Source: the human T2T-CHM13v2.0 reference genome, Homo sapiens | NCBI RefSeq assembly: GCF_009914755.1 | Contig: NC_060928.1 | Length of the DNA stretch: 64,000 nucleotides | Reading direction: 5' to 3' (one strand) | In this document: one piece after another, positions 28,430 to 44,644 of the stretch | How the letters are laid out: the number at the start of each line of letters is the position of its first letter | Position numbering within the stretch: position 1 is the first letter of the stretch | Notes under the pieces: model-generated | Database searches by the model: none | What the model was told of the DNA's origin: nothing | What the model saw: the letters and a program-made list of their open reading frames with translations, nothing else | Program-made: the position numbers and the translations under genes

Positions 28430-29404
28430 CATAAATGCCACTTCTTGAGCATGCTTTCCTTGACTCCCTAACCTATAATTCAACCTTTTCTTTGATTCAT
28501 TAACTGGAGTAAGAGGTTCTGAGCCCTATGCCTGGAAACTTGCACCCACAGAGTATCGTGTACTTAGCACATCTTGACAAACTAGGTCTGGATGCACTTA
28601 CTAATATGTAGCAAACTTTTCAAAACATGCAACATGCTGCGAAATATGTCATCAGTGACAAATTAATATCAAAACCAATCAATATTCTATGGACACAATG
28701 GCCCATATGTTCACTTGAAATGGGTAAACATTTGTTGTCACCACAATGCATCACATCTGCTAGGCAAGTGTTGGAAATGGTGATGGTTAATATTATGTGT
28801 CAACTTGACTGGGCCACTGGGTGCCCAGACGGTTGATCAAACATTATTCTGAATGTGTCTGTGCAGTGCAGGTGTTTCTGGATGACACTACCATTTGAAT
28901 TGGTAGACTGGGTCAGCAGGTTGAAGGGCCTCACCCCGCATTCCCAAGGAAACTGGATGGCCTCTCTGAGGCAGTTGCTGTGCAGGACAATGCTGAGTCT
29001 CCTTAGGAGCCATCCCATAGTTCCTGTTTGCTTCTAGACCTGTAACCAGAAGTAAGTCCCAGCAGCTCTACAGTTGAGGGACACAGTGTGACCCCTGAGG
29101 AGGTGCACTGCACTCCAAAAGAAAGACTTGAGTTTTCTAATGACAAGGACAGAAATCCAGAACATGTGTGGGAACGCATAGTAAGGGATGGAATAATGGT
29201 GGAAGAAACTTAAAGTTGGATTGGGCTGAATTTATTGGTATGGACTCACCGAGAGATTCTGCATTTAATGCTGCAGCTCAAGGAGTTAGAAAGGGCTCTA
29301 GCAGTTTGGCCGTTTGGTTGGTTGGTTGGAACATGGACCAAAGGGTGGGCCATGGTAACTGAGCTGGAAATGTCAAAGCCATTTTGATTTAAAGTAGAAA
29401 AAGG

Positions 29405-29774
<370 letters not shown>

Positions 29775-30279
29775 TTAGGGTGGATTCACCATTTAAAACC
29801 GACTCACTCACACTGGAAGGGTCCTAAGACCCTACCACCACAACTGTGAGAAATAAACTTATGTGAGGAGCCCCAGCATCCTTGGAAAATCATCCCACAG
29901 TTGTTTTTCTATACAGCGCAGGCCTTACAGCGGAACTTCAGTTACTGAATTGGGAAACCTAAATGCAATGGGTGTAATTGGATCCTGGGGTGGCAGGGTC
30001 CACACGGCAGCATCAACCACCCGAGGCCAGGTGAACGTGGTCACTGTCTGGCACAGCAGAGTCAAAGCAGCCCTCAGAGCAGTCTGACTCACACTGACCT
30101 GTGGGGCTGACTAATTGATCATGCTCTTCCTAGAAGTGAAATAGACAGGAAACCCACTGAATTCTTACTTAATGTATATAAGCAAATTCTAGGTTGAGCG
30201 AACAAAAGTCTAACTTGAATCATAAAATCAGAGAGTCATGGCTCTTCAATTCACTCAAGGGGAGGCTGGTGTTGTGGGG

Positions 30280-32420
30280 CTACATGGAGATTTCCCTTCT
30301 AAGGCAGAGAACGCTTTGATGCATCTGGCCCCACACCTGCAAGTGAAAAGGAGACACAATGCCTGATAGGCCTCTATGGAGTTTGGAGGCAGTATATTTC
30401 TCATTTGGGTGCATTAGTCCAACTCATTTACTGGGTGAACCAAAAAGCTGCTAATTTGAGGGGCACAGAACAAGAGAAGTCTCTGCAGCAGGTCTTGGCT
30501 GCTGTGCAACCTGCTCTGCCACTTGGACCATACGATCCAGCAGATTCAATAGTGCTTGGTGTCTCCGTGGCAGATGGGCAAGGAATGCTGTCTGGAGCTT
30601 TAGCAGGCCCATTAGGTGGATCACAGCACAGGCCCTCGGGATTTTGAAGCAAGTCCTGCCATCCACTGTGGTTAACTACACTTGTTTTGAGAAATAGCCC
30701 TTGGCCTGCTACCAGGCCTTAGTAGAGACTGAACCATGAGCCAGCAAGTCACCATGGGACCTGAGTTGACCACAAGGAATTGAGTGTTAGCTGGCCTATC
30801 AAGCTATAAATGGAGGCGTGCACAGCAATACTCCATTATCCAATGGAAGTGGTGTATACGTGATGGGGTCTGAGCAGGTCGTGAAGGCACAAGTAATTTA
30901 CATGAAGTGTCCCAAATGCCATGGTCGCCAGTTCTGCTACACTGCTTTCTCTTTTCCATTTTGGACTTATGACCTCATGGGGGGTCCCCTACAATCAGTT
31001 GACAGAGAAAGAGAAGGCTTGGAACAGGTTTACCGATGGTTCTGCATCATGTGCAGGCACCACTGAATGTGGACAGCTGCAGCACCACAGCTCTTTCCTG
31101 GGGCATCCTGAAGGACAGTGGTAGATGGAAATCCTTCCAGTGGGCAGAATTTTAAGCAATGCATCTGGGTTTTTTTTTGCCAGGAAGAAGTAACAGCCAG
31201 ATGTGCGATTATATACACTTCATGGGCCGCATCTATTGGTTTGGCTGGATGATCGGGGACTTAAAGAGATCGTGGTTGGAAAACTGGTGACAAGGAAATC
31301 TGGGAAAGAGATATGTGGATAGACCTCTTTGAGTGGGCATAAAACATGCAGATATGTTAGTTCCACGTGAATGCTCATCAAAGGGTGACCCCAGCAGATG
31401 AGGGTTTTAATAATCAAGTAGATAGGGTGATCCAGTCTGTGAGTACCAGTCAGCCTCTCTTCCCAGGCAACCCTATCTTCACCCAATAGGCTCATGTACA
31501 AAGTGACCATGGTGTCAGGGATGGAGGCTATGCATGGACTCAGCAACATGGACTTCCACTCACCAAGGCCAATCTGATTATGGCCTCTGCTGGGAGCCCA
31601 ATCTGCCAGCAGTAGAGACCAACACTGAGTCCTCAATATGGCACCATTCCTTGAGGTGATCAGCTTATCACCTTGTGGCAGGTTGATTACATTGGACAAT
31701 TTCCACCATGGAAGGGGCAGTGTTTCATTCTTAATGGAATAGATGCTTACTCTGGAGATGAATATGTCTTTTCTGCTGCAATGCTGCTGCCAAAATTACC
31801 ATCCATGGACTTACAGAATGCCTTATCCATCGTCATGGCATTCTATAGAGTATTTCTTCTGATCAAGGAACTCACTTCAGAAGAAAGTGTGGTACTGGGT
31901 GCATGTTCATGGAATTCACTGGTCTTACCATGTTCCCCACCATCCTCTAGCAGCTGCACTGATAGATCAGTGAAATGGCCTGTTGAAAACTCAGTAACAA
32001 TGTCAGCTAGGTGGCAGTACCAGGCAGGGCTGGGGCAAGGCTTTCTAAAAGACTATGTAAGTCTCTCAGTCAGCATCCAGTATATAGTACTGTTCCTCCT
32101 ATAGCCAGGATTCATGGGTCCAGGAATCAAAGGGTAGAAATGAGAGTGTCACCATTCACTATTACCTTTAGGGACCCACTAGCAAAATTTTTGCTTCCTG
32201 TTCCTGCAACCTCTTCTCTGCTGGCCTAGAGGTCTTAGTTCCAAAGGGAGAAGTTCTTCCATCAGGAGACACAAAAATGATTCTTTTGAACTGGAAGTTA
32301 AGACTTCCAGCCATTTAGGGCTCCTCATGACTCCAAATCAATCAACAGGCAAAGAAAGGAGTTTTTGTACTGCCTGGAGTGAGTGATCCTGACTTCCAAG
32401 GGGAAACTGAACTGCTACTC
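30280..32420 (+). pseudogene. ERV-L pol (RT C-terminus, RNase H, integrase) and dUTPase relics
   Basis: ORF-track fragments 30405-30647, 30921-31124, 31673-32104 and 32011-32229 carry the motifs in different frames. Confidence 0.8.
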
Positions 32421-34522
32421 CACTATGGATGTATGGAATGTAGGAGATTCCTTAGCATGTCTCTTAGTGTCACCATGCCCTGTGATTAATGTCCATGAAG
32501 AGTGACCCAATCCAGGAAGGACTACAAATAGCTCAGGACCTTCATAAATGAAAGTTTGGGCCACCCCAACAGGTAAAGAACCACAGCCAGCTGAGGTGTT
32601 TGCTGAAGGCAAGAGGAATACAGAATGGGTAGTGGAAAAAGGTCATTATAAACACTGGCTACAGCCATGTGACCAGTTACAGAAATGAAGGCTGTCATTG
32701 TCATGAGTATTTCTTCCTTATTTTGTTACGAGTATGTCTGTGTGTGTGTATGTGTGCATTAAGCAAACGTTGTTTTCTTCCCTTTCTTATTTTCTTATCA
32801 CATATTATAAGATGTGTTGACTTTATAATATAGTATTTAATATTATTAACTACATCATAATTTATAAGTCATAAAATATCAAGGAGAAGAGTTAACATCA
32901 CTCAAGGACTTTATTTCCTCCTCTGTGGAAGGGGTTAGTGCATTTCTGGTTTTACACATGATAGTTGTATAACATTTGGTGGAATTTTGACCTTTTAATT
33001 CTGTTTATTTGGAGAATAAGTATGATTTAAGAGGATGTGTGTGGGTGCCAAGTTGACAAGGGGTGGACTTGTGATTGTTAATTCTATGTCAACTTGACGG
33101 CCATGGAATGCCCATGTATCTGATTAAGCATTATTTCTGGGTGTGTTGGTGAGAGTGTTTCTGGAAGAGATTAGCATTCGAGTTAGTGGACTGAGTAGCG
33201 CAGATGGCCTTTCCCAATGTGGGTGGGCATTATCCAGTCACTGAAGGCTTGTATAGAATAAATGGTGAGCATTAACTAAATCACGTATCATGACTGTGTA
33301 AGATGTTAACATTAGGTGAAGCTTGGTGAAGAGCATACAGCAACTCTCTGTACTATTTTTGCAACTTTTCTTTAAGTCCAAAATTTACGCAAATGTAAAT
33401 TCTAAGTCACACAACATGGTGCCATAAAAGATAAGTGTGTGTATATATCCTATACACACACTTATTTTTTATGTTTGGCACAAACATTTCGAGTGATGTT
33501 TAACAGAAAAATACTCATTTATATTTGCTTTATTTAAAGATAAAACTTGCGGTTGTCATTTACTTTTCTAGTTCAGGGAGTAAGTGGGTTACCACCGCTC
33601 TCTCAGTCGCTGAATGACATTAATTTTGCCTTTGGAGTATTTATTACAGCAGTGTGTTTCCTCAAACAAGTTAAAAATTTTGGAATCCCTTTTATTCACC
33701 ATGTAAATGGCAACACGGTTGTCTTAGAATTCCACAATGTGTCAAGCTTCAGTAGTCAACATGGTCAGTGACCCAGATCTTACACCACATTCCCTTGTGA
33801 GGAAGATATTCTTCTGAGCCTAAAATGTTGAAGACGTTTCTCTTTTGCTGCTGAGGTCTTCATACCAGCTTGTTTCCTTCAACCCCTGCTATGCTATACT
33901 CTAAGGCACAATCCCAATTATTTTGCTTTATGTGAATTTCAATGTGTTAGTTTCCCTAGTTTAAAAAATAAGCTCCTCATCTACTGGAACTTGGTTTGAC
34001 TGCACATTTTTCTTTCCAGTGTGTTTACTGCAGAAGAATTTGAGCCATACATTTTAGTTATTTATAGGACTCTGCTTAAGGTTATGGTGAAATTGAACAA
34101 TTTCCCAAGATTCAGGCTGTGGGTTTTGGGGAGGGGGCTGTGAGATTGGTCCGGAGAATCCTGCTTTGGGAACTAGATCATCACTCAATGGGGAGGGGAC
34201 AATGGCCCTACAGATTGGTGTGGTCAGTATATGGACAACAGAAAGTGGCACGCCGACCCTCATATCTGGAGTATGATTGCTTATTTAGAATCAAACAATG
34301 AAAACAAACAAAATCAAAGAGATGACATGAGCAGATCCATTGATAACCCGCCTTTTTAAAAACGACACAAAGTTCCGGCCCTCTTTCCCCAGTCAGAACA
34401 GCCGGTTTCCCTCCTGTACATTCCCTGCCCTTATAGCAGGTAATGGCCTGAATGCACGGTGATTTCCCTTGAGCAGGGGCGGTACCTGGGGAGCTTGCGT
34501 TGTGACTGCCTCAGCGCCTCCT

Positions 34523-34541
34523 GTCTCCCTCTAGTGGCAGC
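34523..34541 (-). promoter_or_regulatory. CTCF consensus motif
   Basis: Minus strand GCTGCCACTAGAGGGAGAC matches the CTCF core CCAC(C/T)AG(A/G)GGGCG with one deviation, in a locally GC/CpG-enriched patch. Confidence 0.6.
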
Positions 34542-34965
34542 CTCAGGGAGGGCAAGCATACGAATGTAAATTCTAAATCACACCACAGGGTGTCCTTGTT
34601 TAAAGTTCTCCAATGTCTCCTTATCACTTAGAATAAACCCTAGCTATCTACCAGTCTCTGTGAGGCCACTCACTATTGGACCCTGTGTACATCTCTGAGC
34701 ACGTCCATGTCTTTCCTCTTCCCAGTTCTACCGCCTTCCTTCTGACTTCAAATACGCCAAACTAGAATTCCCTTTAAGGTCTTTGTACTTGCTTTTCACT
34801 CTCTGGGATTCTCTTTTGCCCAGACTCTAAGCCTACCTTCTGATCATTATTCAGGTTTCAGCTTAAACACCACCTCTTCATCGGAGTCTTCCCTAATGAC
34901 CCAATCTACAGAAACCCACTTTCTTCATTGCACAGCCATATTTTATTAGTTCTTCATGGAATTCA

Positions 34966-35191
<226 letters not shown>

Positions 35192-35195
35192 TTAA

Positions 35196-35509
<314 letters not shown>

Positions 35510-35524
35510 AAAGAAGGATATTCT

Positions 35525-36060
35525 GATAATATTGCAATGGGAAAAAAAATCTCTATGGGAAATATATTCCAAAGTCAAGCATAAGACCTGGAAGTCAATG
35601 GAGAAAGAATTGATAATTATGGCAATGAAATTATCGTTTGTATAACACAGTGAGCCAAGTTAAGAGATAAATAAAACATTTGGTGGCAATATTTGCAAAA
35701 TAAATGAATAAAGATTAATAGCCTTAATTTTTTTAAAATGTATATCTCAATAGGAAAATGAAAACAATCCTATAGAAAATGAACATTAGATATAAACCAA
35801 CAATTCACACAGTACAAATCACCACTGAGAATATGGAAAGACATTCAACCTCACTTATAATCAAGAAAATGAAAATCAACATAAAATGCTGGTTTCTGTT
35901 AGATTAATAACAGAAAAAATTCACGTCTGTCAGAGAAGTAGAGGAATGGCCATAGTAATCACTGGGGAAGAGTGTGAATGGGTCCTGTCCTTTTGGAAGA
36001 CAATTTGTCAGTGTCCACCAAAATGTATAATGCACATATACAATAATTTCACAGTTATGT
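35525..36060 (+). mobile_element. Old L1M ORF2 3'-region fragment
   Basis: Degenerate AACAATTCACA...ATGGAAAGACATTCAACCTCACTTATAATCAAGAAAATGAAAAT; boundaries approximate. Confidence 0.55.
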
Positions 36061-36347
36061 ATTTTGTAATAACTGACATTTCTTTGACTATAAGTGAGAT
36101 TAAGTATTTTCATGACAATCATTCATCTGTATATTTTTCTATTCTGAACTTGCCTGCTTATGGCCTTTGCCTGCTTTCCTACCATTAGATCATTAGCTGA
36201 GTAAGAGGTGGGGAGGAAAGGAAGCACAAAAAGGCCCCTAAAATATACTTCCTCATACGTGAGCTGTTGAACTCCTTCATCATTTCACTTTCAATAGTGG
36301 AGCCAGTGGAGGCAATAATATAATTACAATCATTTCTTAGTAGTGGC

Positions 36348-36754
36348 TGTCAGGCCTCTGAGCCCAAGCTAAGCCATCATATCCCCTGTGACCTGCAAGT
36401 ACACATCCAGATGGCCTGAAGTAACTGAAGAATGACAAAAGAAGTGAAAATGGCCTGTTCCTGCCTTAACTGATGACATTACCTTGTGAAATTCCTTCTC
36501 CTGGCTCATCCTGGCTTAAAAGCTCCCCCGCTGAGCAACTTGTGACACCCCCTCCCCACCTTGCCCCTGCCCGCCAGAGAACCCCCTTTGACTGTAATTT
36601 TCCTTTACCTACCCAAATCCTATAATATGGCCCCACCTCATCTCCCTTTGCTGACTCTCTTTTCGGACTCAGCCCGCCTGCACCCAGATGAAATAAACAG
36701 CCTTGTTGCTTACAAAGCCTGTTAGGTGGTCTCTTCACGGGGACAGGAGTGAAA
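36348..36754 (+). mobile_element. Solo HERV-H LTR (LTR7 family, LTR7B/C-like)
   Basis: Starts TGTCAGGCCTCTGAGCCCAAGCTAAGCCATC, contains AATAAA, ends GTGAAA; perfect 5-bp TSD GTGGC at 36343-36347 and 36755-36759. Confidence 0.93.
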
Positions 36755-36965
36755 GTGGCCCCACCCCCAGAAACTTGCAATCCTTTATTACTTGCTACAA
36801 AGATGAAATAATTGCATTTAAATACAAGAAGATCGAACTTATCATGCATTCTTTAATTCAGTTAGCAAACATTTATTGACTACCTACATTTGCCAGGGAC
36901 TGTTTCCTTTATCCTTCCGCAACCCTTTTTTCGCCCACTCTTACGTATAAAATATATACAACCTC

Positions 36966-37275
36966 TTTTTTTTTTTTTTCTTTTTTTGAGATGAGTCTTG
37001 CCCTGTAGCCCAGGCTGGAGGGCAATGGTGCAATCTCGGCTCACTGCAACCTCTGCCTCCCAGGTTCAAGCGGTTCTCGGTTCTCCGGCCTCAGCTTCCC
37101 GTATTTCTGGGATTACAGGCGCACTCCACCACACCTGGCTAATTTTTTTTTTCTGTCTTTAGTAGAGACGGGGTTTCACCATGTTGGCCAGGCTGTCTCG
37201 AACTCCTGACCTCGTGATCCTCCCGCCTCAGTCTCCCAAAGTACTGGGATTACAGGCGTGAGCCACTGCGCCTGG
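36966..37275 (-). mobile_element. AluS
   Basis: Antisense Alu; TSD TACAACCTCTT. Confidence 0.9.
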
Positions 37276-37496
37276 GGTGTACAACCTCTTAAGAAGCAGT
37301 GGCATGGCAGAGGAATCAAAGCCAGCCATCAGAGTCCACAAAAAAGGTGATCAAGTTTTCCTTCTGAGCAAGAAGGGAAATTGTGTTATTAAAATTTAAA
37401 AAGCAGAATCTTGAAAACTTGAAAATTCTACAATTTTTTTAAAAAGTTAACAAAATTCTACGTGTATTTATAGCTTTTTTGCCCATCTTTGCTAAA

Positions 37497-37497
<1 letters not shown>

Positions 37498-37571
<74 letters not shown>

Positions 37572-37573
37572 TA
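37498..37573. repeat. (TG)n(TA)n(CA)n compound microsatellite
   Basis: Directly visible. Confidence 0.93.
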
Positions 37574-38304
37574 AACATTTATATGTGCATATTTATATGA
37601 ATGAATTTAGACAAGAAATGTCCTGGAAGAAGGCATTTGAAACATTTTCTCAAAAGGTGAAATTTCACACTATTTTCATTTCTTTTTGTCTTATTTTTAT
37701 TTTTTTAACTTTTTGCTACTAAGGTATACTACCCCTAATAAACTCAGAAAAGAAAAGATTCCTTGTGTAGTAGTTAAAAGTAGGTTCTGTAACCAACAGT
37801 CCCAGTTTCTTTTTGGTTTTCTTTCTGTCACTTTCTTATCTCATGAATTTGACAATTACTTTTAAAAAGTTACTTGAACTATGCTAAGCTTTAGTTTCTT
37901 CACCTGAATCTAGTGATAATAACTAATAACTACTCTTAAGGGTTCTTAGTTTGGATTAAATAAGATCAAGGGAGAAAAGCCCTTAGGATATAGCTTCACA
38001 CATAGTAAATACTCTCAGGGTTAGTACATTTCTTTCCTCCTCTCTTTTCATGTGGACAAATGGTTAACTTCAATTAAACATTAGGGAGTCTATAGGAGCC
38101 ATAACTGTACATCTGGGGGTTTCTGGGATAGTCCCAGTTTCAAATATCGTATCCTGTTGCCAGACCACATGTACTGATTTTAATTTAGGACTCATGATTT
38201 TCATCAGGCTTATGTTCCTTTTGTCATCTTATCATAATATCGAACATCTTTGAGCATATGCTATGTGCCATCCAATCTTCTGTAATGAGGAAAAATAGCT
38301 CTGA

Positions 38305-38657
<353 letters not shown>

Positions 38658-38739
38658 ACAGTCTCTTTTATACAGTTAACTGAGATGTTACCTGCCTTCC
38701 TTAGTAGATAGGCAACCTCAGTTCATTGGAATGCTAAAA

Positions 38740-41150
<2,411 letters not shown>

Positions 41151-41692
41151 ATGTCAACTGATCAACAAAAAGATTGCTAACAAAAATAAACAAAAAATTG
41201 CTAACATTTGCTAGATTTATAAGTAAAGCAAAAACTTCAAAATGAAGCTAAAATCCTAGGAAAGAGCTAGGTTTCATGAATCTGTAACTTTGATGCATTG
41301 AATACTAGTTGTTTAGACCCAAATACAACTTCTAAATAGTGTTTTCTATGCATAAAAACCAATCTCAGGGACACTAAAATACAACTTTAACAATAAAGAG
41401 TCTTGACTCTGAAGAGAGACAGGCTGGATTCAAATTCCTTCTCCCCACAAACTTGAAATATAAGGTGTTTGGAACTGGCTGCTACAAAGACAACACTCAG
41501 AAAATTCCAGCCGTCCTGATGATTATCCTCCTGGACAGTGGAAAGGGAATGAACTTGGTTTCAAATCTTGACCCTTCTATTTATAAACTGGGGGCAAGTT
41601 ATGAGGTTTGTCTTGACAACTGTATATGGAAGTGCCCTCTGTGTGGTAGGCCTACCAAAAATGGGTCTCTGCTGTTTAGGAGGTTACAGTCT

Positions 41693-42627
41693 TGATGGGA
41701 TTTAGGATGCTACCCCAAAATATGGCACCTTGGCATTTGAGAAAACAGCAGAAGCAGGAAGGTCTCTCTGGCCTTCCCCTGCCCGTGTCTTCTGCTACAG
41801 ATTATAAAAGAATTCTCTGACCTTCCTCCAAAGCAGGTCATAGGACCCTCATCTCAGAGGTACCCTCCCTATACCCAGAGGAAAGAAATGTCCTTATCTC
41901 TAAGACACAAGGACACAGAGAAGAGTCTGTATAAACAAGCTTTGTTAAGTTTCCCCTGGTTTATTACCATTAGATTATACCCCTATTGTCCAATCACACT
42001 TCTCTACAACTATCCACTTCATCAAACTTAGCATAAAAACATACAGATTTCCTGTTCCTTGGGTCTTTATTTCTGAAGGCTTCCATGTCATGTAAAACTT
42101 ACATTAAATAAATGTATATGATTTTCTCTTGCTAATCTGTCTTTTGTTATAGGGACCCCAGCCATGAACCCTGTGATAGTAAAGAAAGATATTTCTTCTG
42201 CCTCCCCCGAGTTTGTTCCTCACACCCCAGGTAGAACAGCTGAGACTTTTCTGGTCACTTTTAATCCTGCAGATGAGATCCCGGGACAATGAACAAAATG
42301 CCAAAAAAAAAGGTAAGAATTCTTCCCAAGGTCAGCACTCCTGGATACTACAGACACTCCCTACTGTCTGTAGTTCCCAGTGGGGTGAGGAACGTTAAAA
42401 ACTCCTGGATACTACAGACACTCCCCACTGTCTGTAGTTTCCAGTGGGGAAAGGAAGGTAAAAGCTTCTTGTCCTTTTCTTTCCAGATTCAGAGTAGCAA
42501 AGGAAAACTATTTGTTTGCATTGTGAAATAAATTTATATGTTTTTCTCTTGTTAATCTGTCTTTTGTTACAGGTGCCTCAGCCATGAACCTACAGAGGGG
42601 TGAGGAAAGAAATCTTTCCTCCCTACA
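41693..42627 (+). mobile_element. ERV1 element (MER39/MER34-group-like): full LTR, short leader, then the 3' end of a second LTR
   Basis: TGATGGGATTTAGGATGCTACCCCAAAATATGGCACCTTGGC start. The AATAAA..TAATCTGTCTTTTGTTA..CAGCCATGAACC block occurs at ~42105 and again at ~42527. Family name is from memory. Confidence 0.6.
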
Positions 42628-44397
42628 ATCTACAGTCTAAAGTCAATCTCTGCATCTCTGATTCTAAAATTGTTATCCTAATGGTCACAGATCACAATAC
42701 CTTCACTCAGTTGTTTGCAAATGAAGTAAAATGATTCCAATGATCTAAACAGAAAAATCCCAAAGTGGAAAAAAAAAAGTTTGCAGCATCCCAACATCTC
42801 TACTAGATGAAAATAGCCTTCAAGAGCATCGGACTAGTTTGCTTTCTTTTCTAACCATGCTGACTGCTGATGTTCATTTGCTCCCTGACAGGACCTACCA
42901 ACCACCCAATGTTCAGCTAACTTCTGGTGTTTCCTATTAATACAAAAGGGGTTGCATTAAGCCAGAAATTATAATTTGGATTTATAAATCAAGGCTTAGC
43001 TCATTTTGTTCATGGAAATCCAGAACCTGAAATCCAGAACCTGTTTATCTTTTATTCATGAATTCATCCAATAAGTAGTTCTGAGTGACTACACACAGGG
43101 CACTGAGCTAGGACTTGGGACAATCTTCAACACGCAAACAAGCCTACGTCCTAGCGCAAGAGGAGAAAGACAAACAATATGCTTAATAAATGAGTGAATT
43201 ATTAGTAAGTTAGATAGTGAAATTTGCCATGGGGGAAAAAGTAGAAAAATATACACTAGGTGTTTAATATTTGCTGATTGATTGTTTTACATTTGAATTT
43301 TACTGGCCTTTATAATTGTTATCTACAACTCTTGATATTTCACAAACAATTGCTTTTGCAGACACTCAGTTTATCGATAAACTTAGAAGCTTGGACTCAA
43401 ATGTGTACCAAGAGCTCCATAAGAAGGAATTAAGGCTATGGGTGCATGTGATTTGGAGCAGAAGAAGCTAAATTCTGTTTATGTCTTCATTTCCACAAGT
43501 CAATTATTTGAAGCTTCAGGTGCTGAGTGATAGAGTTGGTAAGAGTTTACAGGAAAAAAAAAAAGTTGGAGTTCATAATATTAGGACATGGTGTCGTCCG
43601 TCTTTAAGGAAAGCAACACACCTATTGCTTCAGTAGGGTCCAACAGAACTCCCATGTTACACTGAGTGCCCTAGAAACCTGGTAGATTGCAGCTTGGATT
43701 GTTTTTTTGTTATTTAATAATTTGCTTTCACCCACAGTACATGGTCTTTGTTGCCTGCTAAAATTCCCAAGCAACTTCTGAATGTATACTCACAGCTCTC
43801 CCCTAAAGACTACAGGAGAATAGGTAGCAGAGGGCTTACAGGTGTGGATGCCTCCCTCTCCAGCAAGGTGCAGCTGGGTGCTGCCCTTTCCATCTGTTCT
43901 ACACACCAGTGCTGGGCAACACTGAATTTAATTTGTTCTTTCTCAGCAGCTTTGCTGTGTAGGATCTCTTTACCGTTGAAGCAGTGGTATCTCTCTAATT
44001 ATGTATTAGACACATCAAAGGGATTCTTCAAAGTAGGGAGGTTTCCTCTGTGCACCCTTGCTAGGCTGCTGAGAAGTTTAGTGCCTGGTCTTAGATTTAG
44101 CTCATCCCCTTCCTGCCCATCTGGATTGACTTGGTTGACTTTTCCTTTGCTTGGGTTAGCTCAGTTGTTTGCAAACCCAATTGTGTTTGAATCACCTGGG
44201 GGTTTTGAAAAATAGTGCTAAAGTCCCCCACTCCACCTGACAGGATTGGACATGAGAAGGGCTGGAAATCAGTGTTTTGTGATGATCTCACACCTGGCCT
44301 CCAGCCTCTGAGTGCAGCCAGGAAGAGTAAATCGGGGGGCCTTTGGCTTTGCAGTGACAATTTTCTTGTCCCTGCTCTAGCACTTCCACCTACTTAG

Positions 44398-44436
44398 TTT
44401 CTCTTTCTTTTCTTTCTTTTTCTTTCTTTCTTTCTT

Positions 44437-44472
<36 letters not shown>

Positions 44473-44570
44473 CTTTCTTTCTTTCTCTCTCCCTCCCTCT
44501 CTCCCTCCCTCCCTTCCTCCTTTCCTTCCTTCCTTCCTTCCTGCTTGCTTTCTCTTTCTTCTTTCTTTCT
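44398..44570. repeat. (TTTC)n/(TC)n/(TCCC)n/(TTCC)n pyrimidine tract
   Basis: Directly visible. Confidence 0.93.
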
Positions 44571-44644
44571 GAGTAAAGTGGAAGCAAGTTTATTAGAGAA
44601 GTAGAGAAACAAAAGAATTGCTAGTCCATAGGCAGAGCAGCCCA
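44570..44644 (-). mobile_element. ~75-nt ERV1 LTR fragment (MER41-like) ending just after its poly(A) signal
   Basis: Minus strand GGGCTGCTCTGCCTATGGACTAGCAATTCTTTTG...AATAAACTTGCTTCCACTTTACTC. Confidence 0.65.

Noticed and set aside
30405-32229. Possible domesticated retroviral gene
   Set aside because: Motifs are scattered across frames with stops; no long intact ORF.
42337-42460. CRISPR-like palindromic direct repeats
   Set aside because: Only two units with a ~10-nt gap, inside an ERV in human DNA, and no cas genes.
43015-43042. 14-bp tandem duplication GAAATCCAGAACCT x2
   Set aside because: Ordinary slippage microduplication.
43748-44215. 155-aa ORF in non-Alu DNA
   Set aside because: Non-ATG start, no recognisable domain and no supporting exon structure; compatible with chance.
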